From: Antedon mediterranea
Lineage: Eukaryota; Animalia; Echinodermata
Reading direction: 5' to 3'
DNA: 64,000 nucleotides
Assembly: GCF_964355755.1 (NCBI RefSeq)
Contig: NC_092679.1
Span: 9,777,332 to 9,841,331, forward strand
The notes beneath the pieces are model-generated. The model searched no databases. It saw nothing but the letters and a program-made list of their open reading frames with translations, and was not told the origin of the DNA. Made by a program: the position numbers and the translations under genes. This document shows positions 26,221-39,663 of this stretch, in pieces; position 1 is the stretch's first letter; the number at the start of each line of letters is the position of its first letter.

Positions 26221-29090
26221 TTAAGAAACCTCATGATTTCCATATGCCTTAATGAATAAATGTGTTTTTAATATTTTTTTAAAAGTATAAAAAGTTTTGC
26301 AAAATCTGATAGAGCTCGGTATTGCATTCCATAGACGAGGAGCAGTAACGGTGAAAGATCTGTCTCCCCATGAGTGGTGAGACTTAGGTTGATGTAGAAG
26401 CAGCGTATCACTAGAACGCAGATTCCGTCTGGGAACATACAGCCTAAGCATGTCAGAAATATATTCAGGAGCCATGCCATTAATAGACTTAAAAACATAG
26501 AGTAATAATTTAAAAACAATGCGGTACCTAACAGGAAGCCAATGCAAAGTTTCCAAGGTATTTGATATGTGTGCATATCTTGGTAGTTTTTAACAACTCG
26601 TGCCGCTGTATTTTGAATCAGCTGAAGCCTGTGGAGTTGTTTTTGTGGGAGACCAAATAACAAGGAGTTACACATATCGAGACGCAAACTAACAAATGCA
26701 TGTACAAGTTGCTCAGCAGCTGCACGATTTAAGTATTTTCTGATGCCTTGAATATTTCTTAAATGATATGACGATGCAGACGTAATTTTAGAAATTATGA
26801 GCCGTCATTGTCATATTAGAATCCAGAATTACACCAAGATTTGTAACTTGTGTAGTATTTTTAGTACAAAAGTTACCAATGGAAACCCTCTTAGATGGAA
26901 TTTTCTCTAATTGTTGTTGCGAACCAAATAGAATGCACTCAGTCTTATCATCATTACGTTTCAAAAAGTTTTTGGCCATCCAGACACGAATTTCAGAGAT
27001 ACATTTTTCAAGCAAATCAATTGATAATTCACTCTTTGTCATGGTAGGTTTAAACGATATATATATCTGAGTGTCATCAGCGTAAACATGATAACTAAGA
27101 TTATATTTCTTAATGATATCACGAATAGGATATACATAAATTGTAAACAATTGTGGACCTAACACAGATCCTTGCTGAACAGAGTAATTTAAAGTGTTAG
27201 GTTGAGAGATTTCCTCTCTAATACAAATGTGTTGAGGTCTGTCCTCCAAGTATGATTGACACCATCTTAGTGCACATCCCTGAACACCAATAGAAGCATG
27301 CAACCTCTCAGTCAGAATACTATGATCTACCGTATCAAACGCAGCACTCAAATCAAGTAAAATTAAAGCAGTTACTTTTTCAACATCCATCGCACGAAGT
27401 ATATCATTGCTAACGCGCAGGAGTGCAGTTTCAGTACTGTGATGTGCTTTATACGCTGATTGAAACGGGTCAAGTAAAGAATTATCCTTTACATGTGATA
27501 GTATACGTTTAGATACCACTTTTTCAATTACTTTTCCAAGAAAACACAGATTTGATACTGGTCTGTAATTGGATAGCTTTTCAGGATCAAGACCCGATTT
27601 CTTTAATTGAGGACGTATGTGCGAGATTTTACAAATATCTGGGAAAACCCCAGTTTCCAAAGACAGGTTAACGACACGTGTAATTAGTGGAACAAAAACA
27701 ACAGCATTTCGCTTAATTAACAGAGTAGGAACTGGATCAAGACTGCAAGATTTAGCAGGCGAGTTTTTGACAATTTCAGAAATTTCTTTTTTCACTTGCA
27801 GGTTCAAATATACAAAGGGAGGCACAATTATAATTTTCACAGCATACGTCGTTATTAAAGTAATGAGACAAACTTCCAGCACTATCTTTAACAAGAAGTT
27901 TACGAATATTAACAATTTTATTTTTTTTAAATACGGAAAATCTTTCTGCAAGCAACTCATCTGAGTGAGAAAATGGAAGCACCGACGGTTTAGAACAGTG
28001 TAAAAGATTATTTACAACTTTAAACAGCTTCTTCTGATCACCTGAGCAATCTTCGACCAGATCAGAATAATATTGTTTCTTAGCACTTTCAACAAGCATA
28101 TTAACAATACACCGCTGATGACAATATTTCTGTCTATCTAATGTATTTTTTTATTTCATCCATTTTCTCTCAAATACGCGACGGAGTTTTCTCGCAGATC
28201 TAATTTCATCAGTATACCACGGTTTTGAAGAATTTAGTTTGATACATTTTATTTTTAAAGGTGCGTGTTTATCCATAACTTCTCTTAAAGAGCAGTATCT
28301 TTCAATATTTTCTTGCAAAGTACCATCATGCATAACAGACAACCGAGCTTGTATGTCATATGAAAATATTGTTGTATCAATACTGTTTATATTTGTGGAT
28401 TTTAATTTTAGATTTAGGAAGAGGTGGTTTCTTGAAGTCGAGACTACAAAGTATAGAAAAATGATCAGAGATACCCGGTTTTACAGTGATCCCCGAGATC
28501 AGAGAAACATCTCTAGTAATAATGAGATCAAGACAATGACCACCATCATGCGTAGGTTCATTTACATGCTGTATAAGATTGAAAGACTGCAATAGACGAT
28601 TACATTTATTTGCAGCGATATTCTCATTTTCATCAATGTGGATATTAAAATCACCACAAAAAATTACTTCTGATGGAATAATGAGATAATCAAAAATCAT
28701 ATTTTCAAATTCATTAAGAAAGTCGGTGACAGACAAACTCGGTGATCTATAGATGCATACAATATAAATTGTTTTTGAACTTAATGTAAACTGTTAATGT
28801 ATTGATTCAAATGAAGAATAAACATTTACATCATTTTTCATATTAACACTTAGACTAGATTTAAATAAAATTCCAATCCCTCCACCGATTTTATCCAATC
28901 TAGGGACATGTTTAAAACAATATCCAAGTGGAGTTATGTTTCTAATGGAGAGGTTGTCATCAGGTGGAAGCCATGTTTCAGACACAGACACGATATCAAT
29001 GTCATTACTAACAACAAAGTCTGTGAATTCATCACTTTTGTTACGCAATGAACGAGCATTTAGCAAACAAAATATAAGTGACGAATTTGG
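26221..29090 (-). pseudogene. Disrupted LINE ORF2 (APE endonuclease + reverse transcriptase)
   Basis: LLNARSLRNK, VSETWL, GGGIG, CGDFNIH, HCLDLII, ISDHF, KPWYT, KSCSLDPVPT, NYRPVSNL, LLDLSAAFDTVDH, QGSVLGP, VYADDTQ, LHWLPVRYRIVFK. Multiple stops and frameshifts. Confidence 0.95.
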
Positions 29091-29289
29091 AGAATTTGAA
29101 TTTAATTTGTGTAGGTAGGTTTTTGTGGATTTAGCAGCTCTCGTACAAGTTCCAGGTACTTGAACCACTCTTTTCTTTCTTTTCTTGCATCGATTTTTAT
29201 AGTCCCTTGTTGATGATTGACGCATTCTCTCTGACGAATTGGTTGGTACTGATTTGAGAGCAGAAAAAAATGACGGAGGTGGACTCATC

Positions 29290-30967
29290 GCCGATTCACT
29301 ACTTATGTGATCAATAATGTTCTTCGCCAAGATGAACTCCATCAGAAGATAGTTTCATGAATGGAATATTTGTATTATCAGTAAATCCCCAGCCATTCTC
29401 TTTGCATATGAGTTTCATATGGTGATTTGCTCTCTCTACATCATCGCATTTCGAGACTGTCTGGTTGAATTGCGTCGGTGTATGATGGAGGAAACTATGC
29501 ACTTTATTGGCTTCAAGGTTTCACACAGAGATGTCGTTTTTGAGGTCAAAGTGTCTGAACTGTCATTTCTATTGTTAGTTCCCACATGAACAATCACTCT
29601 TTCAACACCATGTTTTACTGCAAGACGCTTGGCACAATGCACGAGGTCTTCTATTTTTGCACCACGCATAGTGTGGCATATCACTTTTTTTTCAGTAGAA
29701 TTATTTAATCGTTTGGGACGAAGATGTTTAATCATTGAATCGCCAATAATCAGAGCGTCAGCTGGAATTGTGTAATCTGGAGTACTAGCAGTTTTATCAG
29801 CAATTTGTTGTGTGTCGCTTAGTGCTTTATGTTTATTACGGTATTTATGAAGCTGTAGTTGATAAGAATCAACTTTTCCAGTACTCTTCGTTACATCATT
29901 AGTAGGGCTAGTCGTGTCCAATGCGTTATATAGAGTGTCAATTAGCTGCTCAGAATAAGTCCGAGAATCATCGATAACTTTGCTGTCACAATTTGGTTCT
30001 ACATTAGACCGATTTTGTTTCGGGAGGTCCAATGAGGTCAGATGTATAGACTGTTCTTGAGGAGAGGAACATCTATCGTGCAGACCAAGTTGGGGACAGG
30101 TTTTATGTTGAGTAACACTATGCCCCTTCACAGTAATAAAGTCAGATGTGTCAATAGCAACTTGGGTTATTTTTGCATCGTATGCTTCATCTTTGGCTTT
30201 AGCAGCATCTTTATGAACTGAGATAAGTAGATCGTGTAGTTTTGTCACTTCCTTATCTTTTTGCTGCAACAGTTGTAAAGTATGCTGCAAATGTGTTACA
30301 TCGGACTTAAGAGCTTTGAATTTAATATTTATATTATGTTTGAATTTTCTATTTTCTTGTAGGGATTTAACCTCTTTTTGAAATTCATTAAGCTCACGTC
30401 GAATATCTTTTAGAGCTTCAAACAAAATAGCACAATCATTGTTTTTAGCTAGTAATTTATCTTTCAGGACTCTATTCTCATTTTCAGACATTTTAATTTT
30501 AAGTTCGAAGTTTTCTTTTAGCAAATCAGATAGATTTGGAGAAGCTAATGAGTGATCAAAATGTGATTGAGTGCAAGCGGAATGGATGTTTTGGAGGTCA
30601 TTTACATAAGTGGTTACCAGGTCATGTATTATGTATCATTACATTCAGTATCTATTTTGTTACTCTCAATAGCTGTATTTACTAAAGGTAGTTCCACTTC
30701 AGCATCAATGACTTTAGTTGCATCAGTACATTCTAAGTCATTGCACACCCCATTTTCGCTGAGATATTTTTCGGCTTTTTCAACACTAAAAAATGATTGG
30801 AATAAAGCTCCGTGATAGCCATCAGTGTTTGCTTGGCATTCCAGCCAGGATAAATATATACCTGGTTGTTTCCCGACAGCAACAGCATAAACCTTTTTCT
30901 TTTTAGTTTTCTTAGATTTAATTAGTTTTTCAGCCATTTCTATGTGTTGCATTGTTGCATTAGCCAT
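29290..30967 (-). pseudogene. Disrupted LINE ORF1: RNase H1 hybrid-binding-like domain + coiled coil + SGNH/GDSL esterase
   Basis: From ATG 30967: YAVAVGKQPGIYLSWLEC...FQSFFSVEKAEKYL; after a frameshift at ~30632, a heptad-rich coil; then IIGDSMI, RGAKI, VHVGTNN; after a second frameshift, SSDGVHL. Confidence 0.85.
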
Positions 30968-31191
30968 CTCGCTATGCAGTGGTATTTGTACGATTTCAAT
31001 GGACAAAAGAAGACAATAGAAAGTACTGTTGCCTAGCACAACGACGCCTCGCACTGATTGGCCGATTAGAAGGCAGACAAGACGCGGTACGATCGTTTCA
31101 GGTCCCAGCAATGAAAAGGGCCAAACTAACCCTGTATAGATCGTATGGTACAACTTTTTTTTTCCTATCCGTGGGCCTAGGCGTTGAAGGT

Positions 31192-31393
31192 CTAAATCAC
31201 TTGGATCTAGCAATAGGTTCTGTAATAAAAAGTGTACTTTCCTTTTATATGAGTTCTTTGTTTATCAATATGAGTTCAACACCAAATAAAAGTCCAAATA
31301 ATTGTAAAATAATAACAACAATTAAGAGATATCTTTCAAGTAGCGTACTGGTTGCGCTTCATTGTTCCTAGATTGCATTAACCAAATTTCTTC
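31192..31393. repeat. ~200-bp unique segment abutting the CT-rich satellite, copy 2 (possibly the LINE 5' end)
   Basis: Homologous to 24142-24325. Confidence 0.9.
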
Positions 31394-32032
31394 GATCTAT
31401 CTCTCTCTCGCTGATTTATCTCTCTCTCGCTGATCTATCTTTCTCTCGCTGATCTATCTCTCTCTCGCTGATCTATCTCTCTCTCTCGCTGATCTATCTC
31501 TCTCTCGCTGATCTATCTCTCTCTCGCTGATCTATCTCTCTCTCTCTCTCACTGATCTATCTCTCTCTCTCGCTGATCTATCTCTCTCTCTCTCTCGCTG
31601 ATCTATCTCTCTCTCTCTCGCTGATCTATCTCTCTCTCGCTGATCTATCTCTCTCTCGCTGATCTATCTCTCTCTCGCTGATCTATCTCTCTGGCCGATC
31701 TATCTCTCTCTCTCTCTCGCTGATCTATCTCTCTCTCGCTGATCTATCTCTCTCTCGCCGATCTATCTCTCTCTCGCTGATCTATCTCTCTCTCTCTCTC
31801 TCTCTCTCGCTGATCTATCTCTCTCTCTCGCTGATCTATCTCTCTCTATCGCTGATCTATCTCTCTCTCGCTGATCTATCTCTCTCTCGCTGATCTATCT
31901 GTCTCTCACTGATCTATCTCTCTCTCTCGCTGATCTATTTCTCTCTCGCTGATCTATCTCTCTCTCTCTCGCTGATCTATATCTCTCTCGCTGATCTATC
32001 TCTCTCTCGCTGATCTATCTCTCTCTCTCGCT

Positions 32033-32107
<75 letters not shown>

Positions 32108-35100
32108 TCTATCTCTCTCTCGCTGATCTATCTCTCTCTCGCTAATCTATCTCTCTCTCGCTGATCTATCTCTCTCTCTCGCTGATCTATCTCTCTCTCG
32201 CTGATCTATCTCTCTCTCTCTCTCTCTCGCTGATCTATCTCTCTACCGCTGATCTATTTCTCTCTCGCTGATCTATCTCTCTCTCGCTGATCTTTCTCTC
32301 TCTCGCTGATCTATCTCTCTCTCGCTGATCTATATCTCTCTCGCTGATCTATCTCTCTTTCGCTGATCTATCTCTCTGTCGCTGATCAATCTCTCTCTCG
32401 CAGATCTTTCTCTATCTCGCTGATCTATCTCTCTCTCGCTGATCCATCTCTCTCTCTCGCTGATCTATCTCTCTCTCGCTGATCTATATCTCTCGCTGAT
32501 CTATCTCTCTCTCTCGCTGATCTATCTCTCTCTCTCGCTGATCTATCTTTCCCTCTCGCTGATCTATCTCTCTCTCGCTGATATATCTCTCTCTCGCTGA
32601 TCTATCTATCTCTCTCTCTCTCGCTGATCTATATCTCTCTCGCTGATCTATCTCTCTCTCGCTGATCTATCTCTCTCTCGCTGATCTCTCTCTCTCTCTC
32701 GCTGATCTATCTCTTTCTCGCTGATCTATCTCTCTCTCGCTAATCTATCTCTCTCGCTGATCTATCTCTCTCTCGCTGATCTATCTCTCTCTCTCTCTCT
32801 CTCGCTCGCTGATCTATCTCTCTCTCGCTGATCTTTCTCTCTCTCGCTGATCTATCTCTCTCTCGCTGATCTATCTCTCTCTCGCTGATCTATATCTCTC
32901 TCGCTGATCTATCTCTCTTTCGCTGATCTATCTCTCTGTCGCTGATCAATCTCTCTCTCGCAGATCTTTCTCTATCTCGCTGATCTATCTCTCTCTCTCG
33001 CTGATCCATCTCTCTCTCTCGCTGATCTATCTCTCTCTCGCTGATCTATCTCTCTCTCGCTGATCTATCTCTCTCGCTGATCTATCTCTCTCTTGCTGAT
33101 CTATCTTTCCCTCTCGCTGATCTATCTCTCTCTCGCTGATCTATCTCTCTCTCGCTGATCTATCTCTTTCTCTCACTGATCTATCTATCTCTCTCTCTCT
33201 CGCTGATCTATCTCTCTCTCGCTGATCTATCTATCTCTCTCGCTGATCTATCTCTCTCGCTCATCTTTTTCTCTCTCGCTGATCTATCTATCTCTCTCTC
33301 GCTGATCTATCTATCCCTCTCTCGCTGATCTATCTATCTCTCTCTCGCTGATCTATCTATCTCTCTCTCGCTGATCTATCTATCTCTCTCTCGCTGATCT
33401 ATCTCTCTCTCGCTGATCTATCTCTCTCTCGCTGATCTATCTCTCTCTCGCTGATCTATCTCTCTCTCGCTCATCTATCTATCTCTCTCTCGCTGATCTA
33501 TCTCTCTCGCTGATCTATCTATCTCTCTTTCGCTGATCTATCTCTCTCTCGCTGATCTATCTATCTCTCTCTCGCTGATCTATCTATCTCTCTCTCTCTC
33601 GCTGATCTATCTCTCTCTCGCTGATCTATCTCTCTCTCGCTCATCTATCTCTCTCTCGCAGATCTATCTCTCTTTCGCTGATCTATCTCTCTCTCGCTGA
33701 TCTTTCTCTCTCTCGCTGATCTATCTCTTTCTCGCTGATCTATCTCTCTCGTTGATATATATATATCTCTCTCTCTCTCTCTCGCTGATCTATCTCTCTC
33801 TCGCTGATCTATCTCTCTGTCGCTGATCTATCTCTCTCTCGCTGATTTTTCTCTCTCTCGCTGATCTATCTCTCTCTCTCGCTGATCTATCTCTCTCTCT
33901 CGCTGATCTATCTCTCTCTCGCAGATCTATCTCTCTCTAGCTGATCTAACTCTCTCTCTCTTGCTGATCTATATCTCTCTCGCTGATCTATCTCTCCCTC
34001 TCGCTGATCTATCTCTCTCTCTCGCTGATCTATCTCTCTCTCGCTGATCTATCTCTCTCTCTCGCTGATCTATCTCTCTCTCTCTCGCTGATCTATCTCT
34101 CTCTCGCTGATCTATCTATCTTTCTCGCTGATCTATCTCTTTCTCGCTGATCTATCTCTCTCTCTCTCGCTGATCTATCTCTCTTTCGCTGATCTATCTA
34201 TCTCTCTCTCTCTCGCTAATCTATCTCTCTCTCTCGCTGATCTCTCTCTCTCTCGCTGATCTATCTCTCTCTTGCTGATCTATCTCTCTCTCTCTCTCTC
34301 GCTGATCTATCTATCTCTCGCTGATCTATCTCACTCTCGCTGATCTATATCTCTCTCGCTGATCTATCTCTCTCTCGCTGATCTATGTCTCTGTCACTGA
34401 TCTATCTCTCTCTCGCTGATCTTTCTCTATCTCGCTGATCTATCTCTCTCTCTCGCTGATCTATCTCTCTCTCGCTGATCTATCTCTCTCTCGCTGATCT
34501 ATCTCTCTCTCGCTGATCTATCTCTCTCTCGCTGATCTATCTCTCTCGCTGATCTATCTCTCTCTCTCGCAGATCTTTCTCTATCTCGCTGATCTATCTC
34601 TCTCTCTCTCGCTGATCCATCTCTCTCTCTCGCTGATCTATCTCTCTCTCGCTGATCTATCTCTCTCTCGCTGATCTATCTCTCTCGCTGATCTATCTCT
34701 CTCTCGCTGATCTATCTCTCTCTCGCTGATCTATCTCTCCTTCTCGCTAATCTATCTCTCTCGCTGATCTATCTCTCTCTCTCTCGCTGATCTATCTCTC
34801 TCTCGCTGATCTATCTCTCTCTCGCTGATCTATCTCTCTCTCGCTGATCTCTCTCTCTCTCTCGCTGATCTATCTCTCTCTCGCTGATCTATCTCTCTCT
34901 TGCTAATCTATCTCTCTCTCGCTGATCTATCTCTCTCTCGCTGATCTATCTCTCTCTCTCTGATCTATCTCTCTCTCTCGCTGATCTATCTCTCCCCCGC
35001 TAATCTATCTCTCTCTCGCTGATCTATCTCTCTCTCACTGATCTATCTCTCTCTCGCTGATATTTCTCTCTCTCGCTGATCTATCTCTCTCTCTCGCTGA

Positions 35101-36780
35101 TCTATCTCTCTCTCTCGCTGATCTTTATCTCTCTCGCTGATCTATCTCTCTCGCTGATCTATCTCTCTGTCGCTGACCTATCTCTCTCTCGCTGATCTTT
35201 CTCTCTCTCGCTGATCTATCTCTCTCTCTCTCGCTGATCTATCTCTCTCTCGCTGATCTATCTCTCTCTCGCTGATCTATCTCTCTCTCGCTGATCTATC
35301 TCTCCCTCTCGCTGATCTATCTCTCTCTCGCTGATCTATCTCCCTCTCGCTGATCTATCTCTCTCTCTCTCGCTGATCTATCTCTCTCTCTCTCTCTCTC
35401 GCTGATCTATCTCTCTCTCTCGCTGATCTATCTCTCTCTCACTGATCTATCTATCTCTCTCGCTGATCTATCTCTTTCTCGATGATCTATCTCTCTCTCG
35501 CTGATCTATCTCTCTCTCGCAGATCTATCTCTCTCGCTAATCTATCTCACTCTCGCTGATCTATCTCTCTCTCTCGCTGATCTATCTCTCTCTTGCTGAT
35601 CTATCTCTCTCTCTCTCGCTGATCTATCTATCTCTCTCTCTCGCTGATCTATCTATCTCTCTCTCGCTGATCTATTTCTCTCTCGCTGATCTATCTCTCT
35701 CTCGCTGATCTATCTCTCTCTCGCTGATCTATCTCTCTCTCGCTGATCTATCTCTCTCTCTCTCTGATCTATCTCTCTCTCTCTCGCTGATCTATCTCTC
35801 TCTCGCTAATCTATCTCTCTCTCGCTGATCTATCTCTCTGTCACTGATCTATCTCTCTCTCGCTGATCTTTCTCTCTCTCGCTGATCTATCTCTCTCTCG
35901 CTGATCTATCTCTCTCTCGCTGATTTATATCTCTCTCGCTGATCTATCTCTCTCTCGCTGATCTATATCTCTCTCGCTGATCTATCTCTCCCTCTCACTG
36001 ATCTATCTCTCTCTCGCTGATCTATCTCTCTTGCTGATCTATCTCTCTATCTCGCTGATCTATCTCTCTCTCGCTGGTCTATCTCTCTCTCGCTGATCTA
36101 TCTCTCTCTCGCTGATCTATCTCTCTCTCGCTGATCTATCTCTCCCTCTCGCTGATCTATCTCTCTCTCTCTCGCTGATCTATCTCTCTCTCGCTGATCT
36201 ATCTCTCTCTCGCTGATCTATCTCTCCCTCTCGCTGATCTATCTCTCTCTCGCTGATCTATTTCTCTCTCGCTGATCTATATCTCTCTCGCTGATCTATC
36301 TCTCCCTCTCGCTGATCTATCTCTCTCTCGCTGATCTATCTCTCTCTCTCTCTCTCGCTGATCTATCTCTCTCTCTCTCTCTCGCTGATCTATCTCTCTC
36401 TCGCTGATCTATCTATCTCTCTCGCTGATCTATCTCTTTCTCGCTGATCTATCTCTCTCTCTCTCGCTGATCTTTCTCTCTCTCGCTGATCTATCTCTCT
36501 CTCTCGCTGATCTATATCTCTCTCGCTGATCTATCTCTCTCGCTGATCTATCTCTCTGTCGCTGACCTATCTCTCTCTCGCTGATCTTTCTCTCTCTCGC
36601 TGATCTATCTCTCTCTCTCGCTGATCTATCTCTCTCACTGATCTATCTCTCTCTCGCTGATCTATCTCTCTCTCGCTGATCTATCTCTCTCTCGCTGATC
36701 TATCTCTCCCTCTCGCTGATCTATCTCTCTCTCGCTGATCTATCTCTCTCTCGCTGATCTATCACTCTCTCTCTCGCTGA

Positions 36781-36817
<37 letters not shown>

Positions 36818-38128
36818 TCTATCTCTCTCTCTCTCGCTGATCTATCTCTCTCTCGCTGATCTATCTATCTCTCTCGCTGATCTATCTCTTTCTCGCTGAT
36901 CTATCTCTCTCTCTCGCTGATCTATCTCTCTCTCGCTGATCTATCTCTTTCGCTAATTTATCTCGCTCTCGCTGATCTATCTCTCTCTCTCTCGCTGATC
37001 TATCTCTCTCTTGCTGATCTATCTCTCTCTCTCTCGCTGATCTATCTATCTCTCTCTCGCTGATCTATCTATCTCTCTCTCGCTGATCTATCTCTCTTGC
37101 TGATCTATCTCTCTCTCGCTGATCTATCTCTCTCTCGCTGATCTATCTCTCTCTCTCGCTGATCTATCTCTTTCTCGCTGATCTATCTCTCTCTCTCTCG
37201 CTGATCTATCTCTCTCTCTCGCTGATCTATCTCTCTCTCTCTCTCGCTGATCTCTCTCTCTCTCGCTGATCTATCTCTCTCTCGCTGATCTATCTCTCTC
37301 TCGCTGATCTATCTCTCTCTCTCGCTGATCTATCTCTCTCTCGTTGATCTATCTCTCTCTCTCGCTGATCTCTCTCTCTCTCGTTGATCTATCTCTCTCT
37401 CGCTGATCTCTCTCTCTCTCGCTGATCTATCTCTCTCTCGCTGATCTATCTCTCTCTCTCGCTAATCTATCTCTCTCTCGCTTATCTATCTCTCTCTCTC
37501 TCGCTGATCTATCTCTCTCTTGCTAATCTATCTCTCTCTCGCTGATCTATCTCTCTCTCGCTGATCTATCTCTCTCTCTCTGATCTATCTCTCTCTCGCT
37601 GATCTATATCTCTCTCGCTGATCTATCTCTCCCTCTCGCTGATCTATTTCTCTCTCGCTGATCTATCTCTCTTTCTCTCTCTCGCTGATCTATCTCTCTC
37701 TCTCTCTCTCGCTGATCTATCTCTCTCTCGCTGATCTATCTATCTCTCTCGCTGATCTATCTCTTTCTCGCTGATCTATCTCTCTCTCTCTCGCTGATCT
37801 TTCTCTCTCTCGCTGATCTATCTCTCTCTCTCTCGCTGATCGATCTCTCTCTCTCGCTGATCTATATCTTTCTCGCTGATCTATCTCTCTCGCTGATCTA
37901 TCTCTCTGTCACTGACCTATCTCTCTCTTGCTGATCTTTCTCTCTCTCGCTGATCTATCTCTCTCTCTCGCTGATCTATCTCTCTCGCTGATCTATCTCT
38001 CTCTCGCTGATCTATCTCTCTCTCGCTGATCTATCTCTCTCTCGCTGATCTATCTCTCCCTCTCGCTGATCTATCTCTCTCTCGCTGATCTATCTCTCTC
38101 TCGCTGATCTATCTCTCTCTCTCGCTGA

Positions 38129-38165
<37 letters not shown>

Positions 38166-39663
38166 TCTATCTCTCTCTCTCTCGCTGATCTATCTCTCTC
38201 TCTCGCTGATCTATCTATCTTTCTCTCTCGCTGATCTATCTCTTTCTCGCTGATCTATCTCTCTCTCTCGCTGATCTATCTCTCTCTCGCTGATCTATCT
38301 CTTTCGCTAATCTATCTCGCTCTCGCTGATCTATCTCTCTCTCTCTCTCGCTGATCTATCTCTCTCTTGCTGATCTATCTCTCTCTCTCTCGCTGATCTA
38401 TCTATCTCTCTCTCGCTGATCTATCTATCTCTCTCTCGCTGATCTATCTCTCTTGCTGATCTATCTCTCTCTCGCTGATCTATCTCTCTCGCTGATCTAT
38501 CTCTCTCTCGCTGATCTATCTCTCTCTTGCTAATCTATCTCTCTCTCGCTGATCTATCTCTCTCTCGCTGATCTATCTCTCTCTCTCTGATCTATCTCTC
38601 TCTCTCTCGCTGATCTATCTCTCTCTCGCTAATCTATCTCTCTCTCGCTGATCTATCTCTCTCTCACTGATCTATCTCTCTCTCGCTGATCTTTCTCTCT
38701 CTCGCTGATCTATCTCTCTCTCGCTGATCTATCTCTCTCTCGCTGATTTATATCTCTCTCGCTGATCTATCTCTCTCTCGCTGATCTATATCTCTCTCGC
38801 TGATCTATCTCTCCCTCTCGCTGATCTATCTCTCTCTCGCTGATCTATCTCTCTCGCTGATCTATCTCTCTCTCGCTGGTCTATCTCTCTCTCGCTGATC
38901 TATCTCTCTCTCGCTGATCTATCTCTCTCTCGCTGATCTATCTCTCCCTCTCGCTGATCTATCTCTCTCTCGCTGATCTATCTCTCTCTCGCTGATCTAT
39001 CTCTCCCTCTCGCTGATCTATCTCTCTCTCGCTGATCTATTTCTCTCTTGCTGATCTATCTCTCTCTCGCTGATCTATATCTCTCTCGCTGATCTATCTC
39101 TCCCTCTCGCTGATCTATCTCTCTCTCGCTGATCTATCTCTCTCTCGCTGATCTATCTCTCTCTCTCTCTCTCGCTGATCTATCTCTCTCTCTCTCTCTC
39201 TCGCTGATCTATCTCTCTCGCTTATCTATCTATCTCTCTCGCTGATCTATCTCTTTCTCGCTGATCTATCTCTCTCTCTCTCTCTCGCTGATCTATCTCT
39301 CTCTCGCTGATCTATCTCTCTCTCGCTAATCTATCTCGCTCTCGCTGATCTATCTCTCTCTCTCGCTGATCTATCTCTCTCTTGCTGATCTATCTCTCTC
39401 TCTCGCTTATCTATCTATCTCTCGCTGATCTATCTCTCTCTCGCTGATCTATATCTCTCTCGCTGATCTATCTCTCTCTCGCTGATCTATCTATATCTCT
39501 CTCGCTGATCTATCTCTCTATCGCTGATCTATCTCTCTCGCTGATCTCTCTCTCTCTCGCTGATCTATCTCTCTCTCTCTGATCTATCTCTCTCTTGCTA
39601 ATCTATCTCTCTCTCGCTGATCTATCTATCTCTCGCTGATCTATCTCTCTATCTGATCTATCT
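31394..39663. repeat. ~20-bp satellite GCTGATCTA(TC)n, array 2 (includes a pure (TC)~34 tract at 32035-32102)
   Basis: Continuous tandem monomers. Confidence 0.98.

Larger units (their letters stand above)
24992..31393 (-). mobile_element. Decayed, probably full-length L2-type (CR1 group) LINE: 5' UTR, ORF1, ORF2, 3' UTR, (TTA)n tail
   Basis: The minus-strand 3' end GCGCCTTGAGCAC...GTGCGCTATAAAAA...(TTA)n is typical of L2. ORF2 and esterase ORF1 remnants are present. Possible TSD GATCTAT at 24985-24991 and 31394-31400. The 5' boundary is inferred and could lie as far in as ~31100. Confidence 0.85.

Noticed and set aside
26879-29118. Plus-strand ORFs overlapping LINE ORF2
   Set aside because: Antisense shadow ORFs of the retrotransposon frame.
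30761-30892. Host RNase H1 gene
   Set aside because: No catalytic RNase H domain follows; the segment is collinear with LINE ORF1.
30968-31371. N-terminal extension of ORF 30629-31213 and antisense ORF 30979-31371
   Set aside because: Non-ATG starts and no recognisable motifs; likely 5' UTR.
24142-31393. The two ~190-bp copies as LTRs or a giant TSD
   Set aside because: No TG...CA ends, PBS or integrase; the copies are diverged and the interior is an APE-type LINE with its own tail.
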